Shown: piece by piece, positions 32,748 through 44,629 of the stretch
Position numbering within the stretch: position 1 is the first letter of the stretch
Layout of the letters: the number at the start of each line of letters is the position of its first letter
NCBI GenBank assembly: GCA_041674725.1
Contig: JBAYVC010000009.1
Span: 7,396-71,395, forward strand
DNA: 64,000 nt
Reading direction: 5' to 3'
Source of the DNA: Pseudobdellovibrionaceae bacterium
Lineage (GTDB): Bacteria > Pseudomonadota > Alphaproteobacteria > Micavibrionales > Micavibrionaceae
The notes under the pieces: model-generated
Told to the model about the DNA's origin: nothing
The model's input: the letters and a program-made list of their open reading frames with translations, nothing else
The model's database searches: none
Program-made: the position numbers and the translations under genes

Positions 32748-33821
32748 GTGCCTTCCCTTTTTGATCCTGTTACCTTTGGTTCCCTCTACCTTCCCAACCG
32801 CATTATCATGGCGCCCCTGACGCGGGGACGGGCCGGGCCATCGCGTATTCCCAACGACCTGATGGCGGAGTATTACGCACAGCGCGCCAGTGCGGGCCTC
32901 ATCATTTCCGAGGCTACGGCCATTTCGCGCATGGGGTATGGCTGGTACGGGGCGCCTGCCCTTTATACCGACGCCCATCTTCAGGGCTGGAAAAATGTGA
33001 CCCATGCCGTTCACGCGGCCGGAGGGCGCATTGTGCTGCAACTTTGGCATATGGGACGCGTCAGCCATCCCGATGTTCTGGATGGGGACACGCCCCTTGC
33101 CCCTTCGGCCATTCGCGCCCAAAGCGGGCAAGCCAGCACCCCCACGGGACGGAAAGATTTCGTAACACCCCGCGCCATGACCCTTGATGAAATTACCACA
33201 ACGATTGATGATTACGCCCGCGGCGCGCGGATGGCGATCGAAGCCGGATTTGACGGCGTTGAAATTCACGGCGCCCACGGCTACCTGATTGATCAATTTA
33301 TCCGTGATGGATCCAACCACCGTCACGATGACTATGGCGGTTCTCTGGAGAACCGTTTGCGCTTTCCTCTGGCCGTTGTCGCGGCAGTTGTTGCCGCCAT
33401 CGGGGCAGATAAGACCGGCATTCGTATCTCCCCCACGCAAGCCCATAATGATATGCATGATTCTGATCCCCGTACGACTTTTGGCACATTGGTTGCGCGG
33501 CTTCATGACTTTAACCTCGCTTTTCTTCATATCCGCGAGGATGTCCCCACCACCAAAGACGCAGAAAGCGGTTATCTGACCCCTTATCTGCGCACCCTTT
33601 ATAAGGGGCCTGTCATGGTGAATGGCGGCTATTCGCGCGATTTAGCGCTTGAGGCTGTCGCGAGCGGCATGGCCGATGCCGTTGCTTTCGGGCGACCCTT
33701 TATCTCCAACCCCGATCTTGTGCAGCGCCTTAAAGATAACGTCCCCCTCGCCCTGCCCGATACCGCCACCATGTATGGTGGCAGCCGAGAAGGTTATACC
33801 GATTATCCGGTAGCGGCCTGA
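32748..33821 (+). CDS. Old Yellow Enzyme family alkene reductase (N-ethylmaleimide reductase-like)
   Basis: It has LPNRIIMAPLTRGRA, GVEIHGAHGYLIDQF and RISP...FGRPFISNPDL. Confidence 0.88.
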   Translation: MPSLFDPVTFGSLYLPNRIIMAPLTRGRAGPSRIPNDLMAEYYAQRASAGLIISEATAISRMGYGWYGAPALYTDAHLQGWKNVTHAVHAAGGRIVLQLWHMGRVSHPDVLDGDTPLAPSAIRAQSGQASTPTGRKDFVTPRAMTLDEITTTIDDYARGARMAIEAGFDGVEIHGAHGYLIDQFIRDGSNHRHDDYGGSLENRLRFPLAVVAAVVAAIGADKTGIRISPTQAHNDMHDSDPRTTFGTLVARLHDFNLAFLHIREDVPTTKDAESGYLTPYLRTLYKGPVMVNGGYSRDLALEAVASGMADAVAFGRPFISNPDLVQRLKDNVPLALPDTATMYGGSREGYTDYPVAA

Positions 33822-33879
33822 TTCGGGTCTTTTATCAAAAAAGTTTGCGCTTTGGGCCATTTTATTATTACATAATCCC

Positions 33880-34809
33880 ATGAAGGGTGTGAGTATTATT
33901 ATGGCCTGCTTCAATGCAGAGCGTTATGTTGTCGAAGCTGCCTGCTCGGTGCGCGCAGGTGCGCGGGCTTTTTCTTCCTCATTTCCCTACGAACTCATTA
34001 TCGTGGATGACGGGTCACGTGATGGCACAGGGCGCGCCCTTGACCAAATTGAATCCCTTGAAGACCCCCATATCCGCGTTGTGCGCTTACCTGAAAATAA
34101 GGGGCAGTCCCATGCCCGCAACCTCGCCATTGGCATGGCTCGTTACGACCATATTATGGCGCTTGATGCTGATGACAAACTTGGTCCTGATTATGCCGGT
34201 TATGCCCAGCGCGCTGTCCATATTCTTGCCCAGCATGATGAGCTTTTCAGTGTCTATTGTCATACGCGGGCATTTGGCGCACGGGAAGGAACCTGCATTC
34301 TTCCGGCTTTCTCGGAAGCTGGCCTTCCCTTGCGTAATACCATTCCCGTCCATGGTGTTTTTCGTAAAGGTGAGGCGATGGAGATTGGCGCCTACCGTGA
34401 AGACCTTCGTTTTTGCGAGGACTGGGAGCTCTGGCTGGCCCTCTCATCGGAGAGGCTTACACAAGGACGCGCCCGCCACGCCTACGAAGTCCCTGAGACA
34501 CACTATTTTTACCGCCAACACCTCACGGGAGCCAATGTTTCGGAGGCCAACAAGATTCCGCGCAAGCAACTTTATACGGCTCTTACAGAGCGTACCGTCC
34601 CCTTGTATGAGGCCATTTGCCATACCTCCGACCCCCACGACCTGTGCACCCTTTATGAAGCCAGCCGCCCAAGCTTGTGTGCAAAATTTCTGGCTGTTGC
34701 CCGCTTTGGTCCCATGGAAACGTCCCATTTTATTGCAAATCAGGTCAAAAAAGTTCTCGCAAATCCCCTGACGGTCTTCTCTTCTGAAAATAATAGGGTT
34801 CCATCCTAA
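33880..34809 (+). CDS. Glycosyltransferase family 2
   Basis: It has VSIIMACFNAERYV, IVDDGSRDGT and ALDADD. Confidence 0.8.
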   Translation: MKGVSIIMACFNAERYVVEAACSVRAGARAFSSSFPYELIIVDDGSRDGTGRALDQIESLEDPHIRVVRLPENKGQSHARNLAIGMARYDHIMALDADDKLGPDYAGYAQRAVHILAQHDELFSVYCHTRAFGAREGTCILPAFSEAGLPLRNTIPVHGVFRKGEAMEIGAYREDLRFCEDWELWLALSSERLTQGRARHAYEVPETHYFYRQHLTGANVSEANKIPRKQLYTALTERTVPLYEAICHTSDPHDLCTLYEASRPSLCAKFLAVARFGPMETSHFIANQVKKVLANPLTVFSSENNRVPS

Positions 34810-34926
34810 ATCTTTTTCAATCTATACGCTGTATCCTTTTAGGATTAGAATCGGGTCACGTTAGCTGTCTGACAGCTTATCTGTTTATGGCCTTACGTTA
34901 AAAAATGATCCTGGGAGCATTGTTCT

Positions 34927-36624
34927 ATGAAGTGGTTTGCCAACTTAAGTCTTTTCCGCAAAATCCTGCTGGTCAGTATCGTCATGCTGATGAGCGCCAT
35001 CACATGGGGATCGTTTAACGCCTACATGGCTTATTTTGTTATGAAAGCGGACACTGAAGAGCGCAACAAGTTTCTGGTTGAGTCTGTTTACACCATGATC
35101 ACAGGCCTTAATCAGGAAGTGCTGAGCGGCCATATCAGCAAAGACGATGCACAAAAATATGCGATCGAGGCGCTGCGCAAATCCCGTTATGAGGGAAACA
35201 GCCAGTATTTCTGGATCAACAACACGGATGGTCAAGCCGTGATGCACCCCATCTTTCCCGAGATGGAAAGTCAGGATATTTCAAAAACAAAAAAGAATGT
35301 CCATGACCTGTTTAAAGCTTTTGCCAAAGCCCTCGAAACCAAACCGGAAGGCACAAACTATTACTATGATTGGCCCAAACCCGGGGCGGACAAAAATATT
35401 CTTTATCCAAAATCATCCTATATCATGCTGATGAAAGACTGGGGATGGATTATCGGGACAGGGGTCTATATCGACGTTCTTCAGGACAAGGCTCTCACCA
35501 TTTTTTATTATGAGTCAGGATTCGTTCTGATTTTTGCCCTGATCCTCCTGATTGGAACCATTGTCGCCAATAAAACCCTCTCCCAGCCTTTGCTCCAGCT
35601 CGCCAAAAATATGAAAGAGCTGGCAGGCGGGAACCTTACCGTGGATGTTCCCTATAAACATCGCGGGGATGAAGTGGGCATGATTGCGCAGGCCTTTTCT
35701 ATTTTCAAGGATAACGCTATCGAAAAATCAGGGCTTGAACGCCGTCAGAGCGAACTTCAGCAACAGGCCGAAGCCGAGAAAAAGAAAACCATGCACGACC
35801 TTGCCGATAGTTTTGAGCAAAGAACATCGGGCATCATTTTATCGCTCGCGGCGTCCTCGCGTCAACTCAGCGATTCAGCGCAGATGATGAAAGAGACATC
35901 GGCAGAAAACGTCATCACATCGCGCGGCGTGGCCCAATCGATTGACGTCGCTAACCAGAACGTCCAGACTGTGGCGGCTGCGTCCGAGGAACTCGCGGCC
36001 TCCAGTCAGGAAATTGCCCGCCAGATCGCCGGTGTTGCCCAACGTTCCAGCCGTTCGTCGGAAGAGGCGGCGCAGACCAGCAGCGAGATTGTTCATCTCA
36101 ATACCCTTGCTGATTCCATCGGTGATGTGGTGGCCGCGATTAAAGGCATTGCCGAGCAAACCAATTTGCTGGCCCTTAACGCGACCATTGAAGCCGCGCG
36201 CGCGGGAGAGGCCGGAAAAGGGTTTGCGGTGGTCGCCGATGAGGTCAAAAAACTTGCCAGTGAAACGGCCAGCAAGACTACCGAGATTGACGAGCGCGTG
36301 ATCCGCATCCAGCAAGCTATCCGCACCACAGTTGAAGCGGTCGAACGGATCTTGACCGATGTTCGGGATATTGACCAATCGACAGCGACTGTGGCTCACG
36401 CCGTTGACCAGCAAAACCTCGCTACCGCCGAGATTGGCCGCAATGTGGCTGAAGCCTCGAACGGTACACAAAGCGTGGCTTACAGCATTACCGAGGTGCT
36501 GCAAAAATCCGAAGACACCGGAAAATCCGCTGAAACCGTTTTGCATGAAGCGAGCGAACTGGCTAACATTTCGGATTCACTCCAGCGTGAACTGAGTGAT
36601 TTTTTAAGGTCTATTCGCGGTTAG
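34927..36624 (+). CDS. Methyl-accepting chemotaxis protein with a single-Cache-type sensor
   Basis: It has an N-terminal TM helix, a Cache-like [15 protein letters not shown] motif, a second TM helix, a HAMP domain and the conserved signalling hairpin [37 protein letters not shown]. Confidence 0.9.
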   Translation: MKWFANLSLFRKILLVSIVMLMSAITWGSFNAYMAYFVMKADTEERNKFLVESVYTMITGLNQEVLSGHISKDDAQKYAIEALRKSRYEGNSQYFWINNTDGQAVMHPIFPEMESQDISKTKKNVHDLFKAFAKALETKPEGTNYYYDWPKPGADKNILYPKSSYIMLMKDWGWIIGTGVYIDVLQDKALTIFYYESGFVLIFALILLIGTIVANKTLSQPLLQLAKNMKELAGGNLTVDVPYKHRGDEVGMIAQAFSIFKDNAIEKSGLERRQSELQQQAEAEKKKTMHDLADSFEQRTSGIILSLAASSRQLSDSAQMMKETSAENVITSRGVAQSIDVANQNVQTVAAASEELAASSQEIARQIAGVAQRSSRSSEEAAQTSSEIVHLNTLADSIGDVVAAIKGIAEQTNLLALNATIEAARAGEAGKGFAVVADEVKKLASETASKTTEIDERVIRIQQAIRTTVEAVERILTDVRDIDQSTATVAHAVDQQNLATAEIGRNVAEASNGTQSVAYSITEVLQKSEDTGKSAETVLHEASELANISDSLQRELSDFLRSIRG

Positions 36625-36633
36625 GAACCCCAG

Positions 36634-36663
36634 AAAAAATCCCCTCAGTCGAGGGGATTTTTA
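36634..36663. terminator. Bidirectional rho-independent terminator between the MCP gene and ilvC
   Basis: AAAAAATCCCCTC-AGTC-GAGGGGATTTTT. The 8-bp stem is flanked by an A-run and a T-run. Confidence 0.8.
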
Positions 36664-36665
36664 TT

Positions 36666-38271
<1,606 letters not shown>

Positions 38272-38288
38272 GTTGTTTCCCCGCGTTG

Positions 38289-40136
38289 TTAGACCAATGT
38301 TTTATCGAACTTTTCGGCGTCTGCCGCAAGGATCATTTCATTATGCGCCTTGCCGCTCGGGATCATCGGGAAGCAGTTTTCCTTAGGATCAACGCAGACA
38401 TCGACAATGGTCACACGGTCGGTTTTCATCATCTCGGCAATCACTTTATCAAGCTCTTGCGGGGTTTGTGCCCGCATGCCAATACCACCATACGCCTCGG
38501 CCAATTTTACGAAATCAGGAAGCGATTCGGTATAGGAACTGGAGTAACGCTCGCCGTGCAGTAATTCCTGCCACTGCTTAACCATGCCCATCCACTGGTT
38601 ATTGAGGATAAAGATTTTAACGGGCAATTTGAACTGAACAGCCGTCGACATTTCCTGAATATTCATCAGGATCGACGCATCACCCGCAACATCCACCACC
38701 AAGGCATCAGGGTGCGCAATTTGCGTACCAATCGCCGCCGGAAATCCGTAACCCATTGTCCCCAAACCACCCGAAGTCATCCAGTGGTTGGGCCGGTCGA
38801 ATTTGAGGAACTGCGCGGCCCACATTTGATGCTGGCCGACTTCGGTTGTAATAAAGCTTTCGCGTTTATCCTTATCGATGGCGGCTTGCAGTTTTTGCAA
38901 AGCGTATTGCGGCTTAATAATGGTATCTGAATTCCGGTAGGAGAGACATTTGACAGCGCGCCAGCCTTCAATCTCTTTCCACCATGATTTCATAGCGCCT
39001 TCATGAGCCTTATATTTCTTTTTCTTCCAGACGGCGATCATGGCGCGCAGGGCTTCGGTGCAATCTGCAACGATTCCGATATCCACGCGCACGTTCTTGT
39101 TGATCGAACTTGCATCAATATCGACATGGATTTTCTTGGAGTTTGGCGCAAACATATCAAGGCGGCCTGTCACGCGGTCATCAAAACGCGCGCCGATATT
39201 AATCATCACATCGCAATCATGCATCGCCCAGTTAGCCTCGAACGTGCCATGCATGCCAAGCATGCCCAGATGCTGCGGATCACGCATCGGGTAAGCGCCG
39301 AGGCCCATCAGGGTTGACGTACAAGGAAAGCCCGTCATGCGGACAAAGTCGGTGAGCAGGCGCGCGGCCTCGGTTCCGGCATTGACAACGCCGCCTCCGG
39401 TATAGAAAACAGGCTTCTTGGCATTCGCCATCAGCTCGACCGCGGCTTCAATTTTCGACATATCGGGCATGGTGCGCGGCTGGTAACGGGTGAGATCAGT
39501 CTCCGGCAATGGTGTATAACGACCCGGTGCAAACTGAACATCCTTTGGCAGATCAATCACCACTGGCCCCGGACGGCCAGATTTAGCCACATGAAACGCT
39601 TCGTGAATAGTGCTCGAGAGTTTGTTCACATCGCGCACCAGATAATTTTGTTTGGTGCATTGGCGGGTAATACCAGTCGTATCAGCTTCTTGGAACGCAT
39701 CGGTGCCAATCAGGAAGGTGGGGACTTGCCCCGTGATACACACAACCGGAATGGAATCAAGCAAGGCATCGGTCAGACCCGTCACCGCATTGGTCGCGCC
39801 GGGGCCGGAGGTCACAAGAGCGCAGCCCACTTTGCCTGTTGAACGTGCATAGCCTTCGGCAGCATGGAGGGCCGCCTGTTCATGGCGTACCAAAATATGG
39901 CGGATTTTCTTTTGCTGGAACAGGGCATCATAAATCGGGAGAACCGCGCCGCCCGGGTAACCGAAAATCGTGTCTACGCCGTTATCGACCAAGGCTTGAA
40001 TGACAATCTCCGCACCGGTAAGCGTTTTTTTATCAAAGACCATCGTCGCCACATTTTCTTTTTTAACGACTTTTTTGGGCGCAGGGGTCTTAACCAACTT
40101 GATCTTGGGCTTGGTGGTGGATTTAGGCGGTGCCAT
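38289..40136 (-). CDS. ilvI: Acetolactate synthase large subunit, with a Lys/Pro-rich N-terminal extension
   Basis: It is a ThDP enzyme (GYPGGAVLPIYDAL and GLGTMGYGFPAAIG...GDASILMNIQEMST). The ATG at 40136 has an AAGAGGA RBS and sits directly after the attenuator hairpin. This supports the extended start (MAPPKSTTKPKIKLVKTPAPKKVVKK...). Confidence 0.93.
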   Translation of the reverse strand: MAPPKSTTKPKIKLVKTPAPKKVVKKENVATMVFDKKTLTGAEIVIQALVDNGVDTIFGYPGGAVLPIYDALFQQKKIRHILVRHEQAALHAAEGYARSTGKVGCALVTSGPGATNAVTGLTDALLDSIPVVCITGQVPTFLIGTDAFQEADTTGITRQCTKQNYLVRDVNKLSSTIHEAFHVAKSGRPGPVVIDLPKDVQFAPGRYTPLPETDLTRYQPRTMPDMSKIEAAVELMANAKKPVFYTGGGVVNAGTEAARLLTDFVRMTGFPCTSTLMGLGAYPMRDPQHLGMLGMHGTFEANWAMHDCDVMINIGARFDDRVTGRLDMFAPNSKKIHVDIDASSINKNVRVDIGIVADCTEALRAMIAVWKKKKYKAHEGAMKSWWKEIEGWRAVKCLSYRNSDTIIKPQYALQKLQAAIDKDKRESFITTEVGQHQMWAAQFLKFDRPNHWMTSGGLGTMGYGFPAAIGTQIAHPDALVVDVAGDASILMNIQEMSTAVQFKLPVKIFILNNQWMGMVKQWQELLHGERYSSSYTESLPDFVKLAEAYGGIGMRAQTPQELDKVIAEMMKTDRVTIVDVCVDPKENCFPMIPSGKAHNEMILAADAEKFDKTLV

Positions 40137-40155
40137 GTTGTCCTCTTTTGCTTAA

Positions 40156-40183
40156 CAAAAAGCCCCGTTCTTGCGAGCGGGGC
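40156..40183 (-). terminator. ilv attenuator terminator hairpin
   Basis: The minus-strand RNA reads GCCCCG-CUCGCAAGAA-CGGGGC-UUUUUGUU and ends 20 nt before the ilvI ATG. Its left arm overlaps an alternative 10-11 bp pairing (GGCGUUGCGGG with CCGCAACGCC, 40180-40231). Confidence 0.75.
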
Positions 40184-40209
40184 GTTGCGGTTTGGTATTT
40201 ATGCCGAAT

Positions 40210-40323
40210 TTAGGCCAACACCCGCAACGCCATGCTTAGAAGAAGCACGACGACCACAGACACGAGAATAACGGCGTTATTCTGCGGGTTTGAGGCATAA
40301 AGTTGCGTTGGCTGGTTCGACAT
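40210..40323 (-). CDS. ilv operon leader peptide (37 aa, Val/Leu/Ile-rich)
   Basis: The minus-strand ORF encodes MSNQPTQLYASNPQNNAVILVSVVVVLLLSMALRVLA and ends 27 nt before the terminator stem. It is too short for the ORF track, so I read it manually. Confidence 0.7.
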   Translation of the reverse strand: MSNQPTQLYASNPQNNAVILVSVVVVLLLSMALRVLA

Positions 40324-40366
40324 GGGCCTATTGTTACGCATAAATTAAGTGCTGTGCAACAATAAT

Positions 40367-40714
40367 TTAGCGGGGGCCGTGTTTTTGTGATGGAATTTTT
40401 GTTTTATCCAAAATTTCGAGGCCTTCCTGAACCAGAGGCTCCACCTTCTCACGTAAATTTACACTGAGTTTAAAAAGCGCCAGAATTTCGGCAATGTCCT
40501 GCTGGGCGAGAGTCGCTTTTCCATCTAAAAAATTACTGACTTCCTTTTTATGCCATTTGTGATCAGGCACGGCTTCTTTAATCAAAAGCCCCAGTTTTTC
40601 AAGAGAATAGTTTTTGGCGCCGCCATTATCATAGACATATTTCAAGTTCACCCGCGCGGCTTCCACGAGGCGCTGGCGATCCGAAAATTCTTCGATGAGC
40701 GTAAAAGTGACCAT
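40367..40714 (-). CDS. Hypothetical protein (115 aa)
   Basis: A clean ORF between rimO and the ilv leader. I recognise no family. Confidence 0.45.
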   Translation of the reverse strand: MVTFTLIEEFSDRQRLVEAARVNLKYVYDNGGAKNYSLEKLGLLIKEAVPDHKWHKKEVSNFLDGKATLAQQDIAEILALFKLSVNLREKVEPLVQEGLEILDKTKIPSQKHGPR

Positions 40715-40741
40715 GGGATCAGATTATATTATTTGCATAAT

Positions 40742-42088
40742 TTAGGCAAGTTCGGTCGGAACACCGTACAGGTCGTAATCGTCGGCGTCTTCAACCTTGA
40801 TTTTGATCACATCGCCGAGCTTCACACTCTCCGGCACATCCCGCAAGAAAACAGTGCCGTCAATTTCGGGGGCATCGGCTTTAGAGCGCGCATCGGCTCC
40901 ACCTTCGCCGTCCAATTCATCAATCATCACGTCAATTGTCTTGCCGATTTTTGCTTGTGATTTAGCTTCACTGATCTGGCGCTGAATTTCCATGAAGCGT
41001 TCCCAGCGTTCTTGTTTGACGTCTTCGGGAACGTGACCTTCAATTTCGCGCGAGGGAGCGCCGTCAACATTTTCGTATTTGAAGCATCCGGCGCGGTCAA
41101 TCTGGGCTTCCTGCATCCACTCCAAAAGATATTCGAAATCGTCCTCTGTTTCACCGGGGAAGCCCACGATAAAAGTCGAACGCAGGGTAATGTCAGGGCA
41201 AATCTCGCGCCATTTTTTAATGCGCTCCAATGTCTTTTCCTGATTGCCCGGGCGCTTCATGGCCTTTAGAACCTTGGGGCTCGCGTGCTGGAACGGAATA
41301 TCGAGATAGGGCAAAATTTTACCCTCAGCCATCAGGGGAATAGCCTCGTCCACATGCGGGTACGGGTACACGTAATGAAGACGCACCCACACGCCCATAT
41401 CACCCAGCGCATCACACAAATCTAAAAATTTTGTTTTGCGCTTGCTGCCCTTCCACGGGTATTCGGCATATTTGGTGTCGATGCCGTAGGCACTGGTATC
41501 TTGCGAAATAACAAGAAGTTCTTTGACGCCCGCGCTCACCAGTTTTTCAGCCTCAAAAAGCACATGATGAATGGGGCGCGAGACAAGATCGCCACGGAGT
41601 TTCGGGATAATACAAAAAGTGCAGCGGTTGTTGCAGCCTTCGGAGATTTTGAGATACGCATAATGACGCGGGGTCAGTTTCAATCCGCCTTCGGGAATCA
41701 GATCCATAAATGGGTCCGGCACGGGGGGCGCCGCGTCATGCACCGCGCCCACAACCTCTTCATACTGATGCGGGCCTGTGACCGCCATGATGTTGGGATA
41801 TTTGGAGGTAATTTGTTCAGGCTCGGCGCCCATACAGCCTGTCACAATCACGCGTCCATTTTCTTTCATGGCTTGACCGATCGCGGCAAGCGATTCTTCT
41901 TTGGCACTATCCAAAAAGCCGCAAGTGTTCACAATCACCACATCGGCATCCTGATGCGTGCCGGTAAATTGGTACCCTTCGGAGCGGAGCTGCGTCATAA
42001 TGCGCTCGGAATCGACGAGTGCTTTGGGGCATCCTAGAGACACAACGCCGACTTTCGGCACAGTAAGTTTTTTTGCGGTTTCAGACAT
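40742..42088 (-). CDS. rimO: Ribosomal protein S12 methylthiotransferase
   Basis: It has [16 protein letters not shown], a radical-SAM motif ([11 protein letters not shown]) and a TRAM-like C-terminus. I placed the start at ATG 42088. Confidence 0.9.
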   Translation of the reverse strand: MSETAKKLTVPKVGVVSLGCPKALVDSERIMTQLRSEGYQFTGTHQDADVVIVNTCGFLDSAKEESLAAIGQAMKENGRVIVTGCMGAEPEQITSKYPNIMAVTGPHQYEEVVGAVHDAAPPVPDPFMDLIPEGGLKLTPRHYAYLKISEGCNNRCTFCIIPKLRGDLVSRPIHHVLFEAEKLVSAGVKELLVISQDTSAYGIDTKYAEYPWKGSKRKTKFLDLCDALGDMGVWVRLHYVYPYPHVDEAIPLMAEGKILPYLDIPFQHASPKVLKAMKRPGNQEKTLERIKKWREICPDITLRSTFIVGFPGETEDDFEYLLEWMQEAQIDRAGCFKYENVDGAPSREIEGHVPEDVKQERWERFMEIQRQISEAKSQAKIGKTIDVMIDELDGEGGADARSKADAPEIDGTVFLRDVPESVKLGDVIKIKVEDADDYDLYGVPTELA

Positions 42089-42239
42089 GGGGGCGGTTAT
42101 ACCTAGGAACTTCAGAAAAAGCAAAGTTTTTGCACTGCACGGCTACCCTCTCAACAAAACGGCTTTTTAGGAGTAGCATTTGATTCGTGGTCATCTTTTA
42201 AAAGTTAAAAATAACAATGATGATCCAGAACAGGGATTT

Positions 42240-42671
42240 ATGAACGAGCTTACCTTCAGGCCTTCCAGTTTTCATGATTTATCCATATTTCAGCAAATGG
42301 TGCAGGGCACGGAGCTGAGCTGTATGTCCTTCAACACGCACGGGAAAAACTTTTATAGCGCCGAACATCACCGCAATCCCGTAGGGTTTATTGCGGGACA
42401 TAAAGGATATGGCGATGAAAGCCATGTCCTGACGATTGATGGGCTTTACCTGTATTCCGCCTATCATACGGATGAAAACCGCGACTCTATGCTCGCCCAT
42501 TTCGCGCGGGATATGCAGTCTAAACTTGGCGTCACGCATATCCGTACGGACTTTTTGAGCGCGCCTGAGGCGATCAATGTGCAAAATCTTAAACTTGTTC
42601 ACTCGGTGCCCGATGTGCCCTTGGAAGAGGCTGCCACACCCTCTTATGTGTACGAATTGCACGCTGCCTAA
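42240..42671 (+). CDS. Hypothetical protein (possibly a divergent GNAT fold)
   Basis: A 143-aa ORF starting from ATG 42240. Its size and position ahead of three GNAT genes are suggestive. I saw no clear acetyl-CoA motif. Confidence 0.35.
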   Translation: MNELTFRPSSFHDLSIFQQMVQGTELSCMSFNTHGKNFYSAEHHRNPVGFIAGHKGYGDESHVLTIDGLYLYSAYHTDENRDSMLAHFARDMQSKLGVTHIRTDFLSAPEAINVQNLKLVHSVPDVPLEEAATPSYVYELHAA

Positions 42672-42981
42672 AAATTTCTGTTGCCAAGCAGCATAATTTT
42701 ATGTTTTCATTTTGAAATGATATTTCAACTCACCACCACCCGACTTACCTGCCCTGCCATGACTCCGGTCATGCGCTGGACCCCGGCCTCCATGGAGACC
42801 GGTAAGGGTCATGCATGCCTTAATCAGGGCATTTATGGCTTTAAACCAGGCATCTCGGGCTAGGCAGGAAGAACTGTCAGCCCCCAACCGGAGAGGCTGA
42901 CAGACACAAAAAACCCCACAAAAGTTTTATGAATGTCCGCCACCTCTCCAAATGAAAATTTGAAGAAAGGAGAGGCACATC

Positions 42982-43449
42982 ATGGTTGCCATACGTATAA
43001 GGCCGGTCAGAAGCGGGGACTGGTCACAATTTGAAAAGCTGGTGGCGGGCATTTGCGCCTTCCACGGTGACTCGCATCAACTCACGCGCCTTCAGTTTGA
43101 TGAACTGGCCGCGCGGGAGAATGCGCCTGTCACCGTTCTGGTTGCCGAGACCGAAGACGGTGATTTGGCGGGCTTTGCCGCAGGGTTTGCCATCTATAAT
43201 TTTCATGATGGGCAAACCCTCTTCGAGATTCAAAATCTCTTCGTCGCCGAGCATTACAGGCGTCAGCGTATCGGCGAATCCCTGATGGTTGCCCTGATGC
43301 AGTTTGCCCGTCATCACCACAGAGCTGCCGGTTTCAAGATCGGAGCCCTTAAGTGGAATGATGCGGCGATTGCCTTTTACCGGCAAATGGGGTTTGGCGT
43401 TAACCCCCGCGCGCACGAGACAACACGCCTTTTTAAAAAAACCGCCTAA
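42982..43449 (+). CDS. GNAT family N-acetyltransferase
   Basis: The acetyl-CoA motif region reads LFVAEHYRRQRIGESLM, with AIAFYRQMGF near the C-terminus. Length is 155 aa. Confidence 0.8.
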   Translation: MVAIRIRPVRSGDWSQFEKLVAGICAFHGDSHQLTRLQFDELAARENAPVTVLVAETEDGDLAGFAAGFAIYNFHDGQTLFEIQNLFVAEHYRRQRIGESLMVALMQFARHHHRAAGFKIGALKWNDAAIAFYRQMGFGVNPRAHETTRLFKKTA

Positions 43450-43487
43450 CTCAAAAAACAATAAAGGCGAGATGAACAGGAGAGTAA

Positions 43488-44093
43488 ATGATGCGTATAT
43501 TAGACCCGATCTTGATCGACATTCCCATGCCGATCAGGACACCCCGATTGATAATCCGTAATGTTTTGCCTGGCGATGGCGCGGCCTTGTTCGCGGCAAA
43601 GCGCGAATCATGGGATGATCTGACCCCTTGGATGCCATGGACGCGTGAAGGTATCGGCACCCTAGAGGATACTGAGAAAATCATTCGCCAGAATCACGCA
43701 AAATATATTTTGCGCGAAGATATGATGATGATTGCGCTCACTCCTGATGGCGAGTTCGTTGCGGCAACCGGCCTCCACCGTTTCGACTGGGAGTTCCGCA
43801 GCTTCGAAATCGGTTACTGGGTGCGTAGTTCCCTCCATCATCAAGGCTTTGCCAGTGAAATTGCAGGAGCTCTCACCCGCTTTGCGTTTGGAGCTTTGGC
43901 GGCACGGCGGGTTATGATTTGCGCAGCGACTCCTAACGCAGCCTCACGGCGCGTGATTGAGAAACTTGGGTTTGGCCTTGAAACACTGCGCGCTGCCGAC
44001 TCCCTGCTACCCGATGGTACGGTGACGGGCAGCGCCGAATATGTGCGGTATAACACGGATGGATTGCCTGAACTTGATGTTCACTGGAATTAA
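43488..44093 (+). CDS. GNAT family N-acetyltransferase (RimJ/RimL-like)
   Basis: It has the TPRLIIRNVLPGD N-terminus typical of Acetyltransf_3, FEIGYWVRSSLHHQGFASE and ASRRVIEKLGF. Confidence 0.8.
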   Translation: MMRILDPILIDIPMPIRTPRLIIRNVLPGDGAALFAAKRESWDDLTPWMPWTREGIGTLEDTEKIIRQNHAKYILREDMMMIALTPDGEFVAATGLHRFDWEFRSFEIGYWVRSSLHHQGFASEIAGALTRFAFGALAARRVMICAATPNAASRRVIEKLGFGLETLRAADSLLPDGTVTGSAEYVRYNTDGLPELDVHWN

Positions 44094-44095
44094 GG

Positions 44096-44629
44096 ATGAG
44101 AATGATGAAAGACAATTTTGAATTAAAACGATGGTTTGAAGATGACTGGGCCATTTACCGCGCGGCGCGGCTTGAGGCGCTACGCCTTAATTCCAACGTT
44201 TTCTTACGTTCGGAAGACGAGGAATCCGTCAAACAAGATGAATATTGGCGCGAGCATCTGCGCGATACATACGGATCGGCCATTTTCGGTCTTTATAGCG
44301 GTGATGACGTGATTGGCCTCACGGGGGCTTTTCGCTGGCGCGAGAGTCCTCTTGATACGGTTATACTGGGCATGAGTTACATCCGTCCCGAATATCGCGG
44401 GCGCGGTCTGTCGCGCCTTTTTTATGAGAAGCGCCTCGAATGGGCGTGGGCACAAGGGGGCATTACACGTATTCTCGTCGCGCACCGCGAAGGGAACGAG
44501 GCTTCACGCGCCGCCAACCAGAAATGGGGATTTGCGCCTTATGGATCAGAGATTATTACCTATGGCAACGGCGAGTGTGCTAAAAATTACAAATATGAAT
44601 TGAGGCGCGAACATCATGAGCGAATTTGA
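44096..44629 (+). CDS. GNAT family N-acetyltransferase
   Basis: It has YIRPEYRGRGLSRLF and ASRAANQKWGF. It starts 3 nt after the preceding GNAT gene ends. Confidence 0.75.
   Translation: MRMMKDNFELKRWFEDDWAIYRAARLEALRLNSNVFLRSEDEESVKQDEYWREHLRDTYGSAIFGLYSGDDVIGLTGAFRWRESPLDTVILGMSYIRPEYRGRGLSRLFYEKRLEWAWAQGGITRILVAHREGNEASRAANQKWGFAPYGSEIITYGNGECAKNYKYELRREHHERI

Noticed and set aside
32688-34771. A 280-aa minus-strand ORF (32688..33530) and a 285-aa alternative-frame ORF (33914..34771).
   Set aside because: They lie antisense to or out of frame within the well-supported OYE reductase and GT2 genes. Their translations are Arg/Gly/Pro-rich with no motifs.
35875-36546. A 223-aa minus-strand ORF inside the chemoreceptor gene.
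   Set aside because: It is antisense to the highly conserved MCP signalling domain, a typical shadow ORF in Ala/Gly-rich coding sequence.
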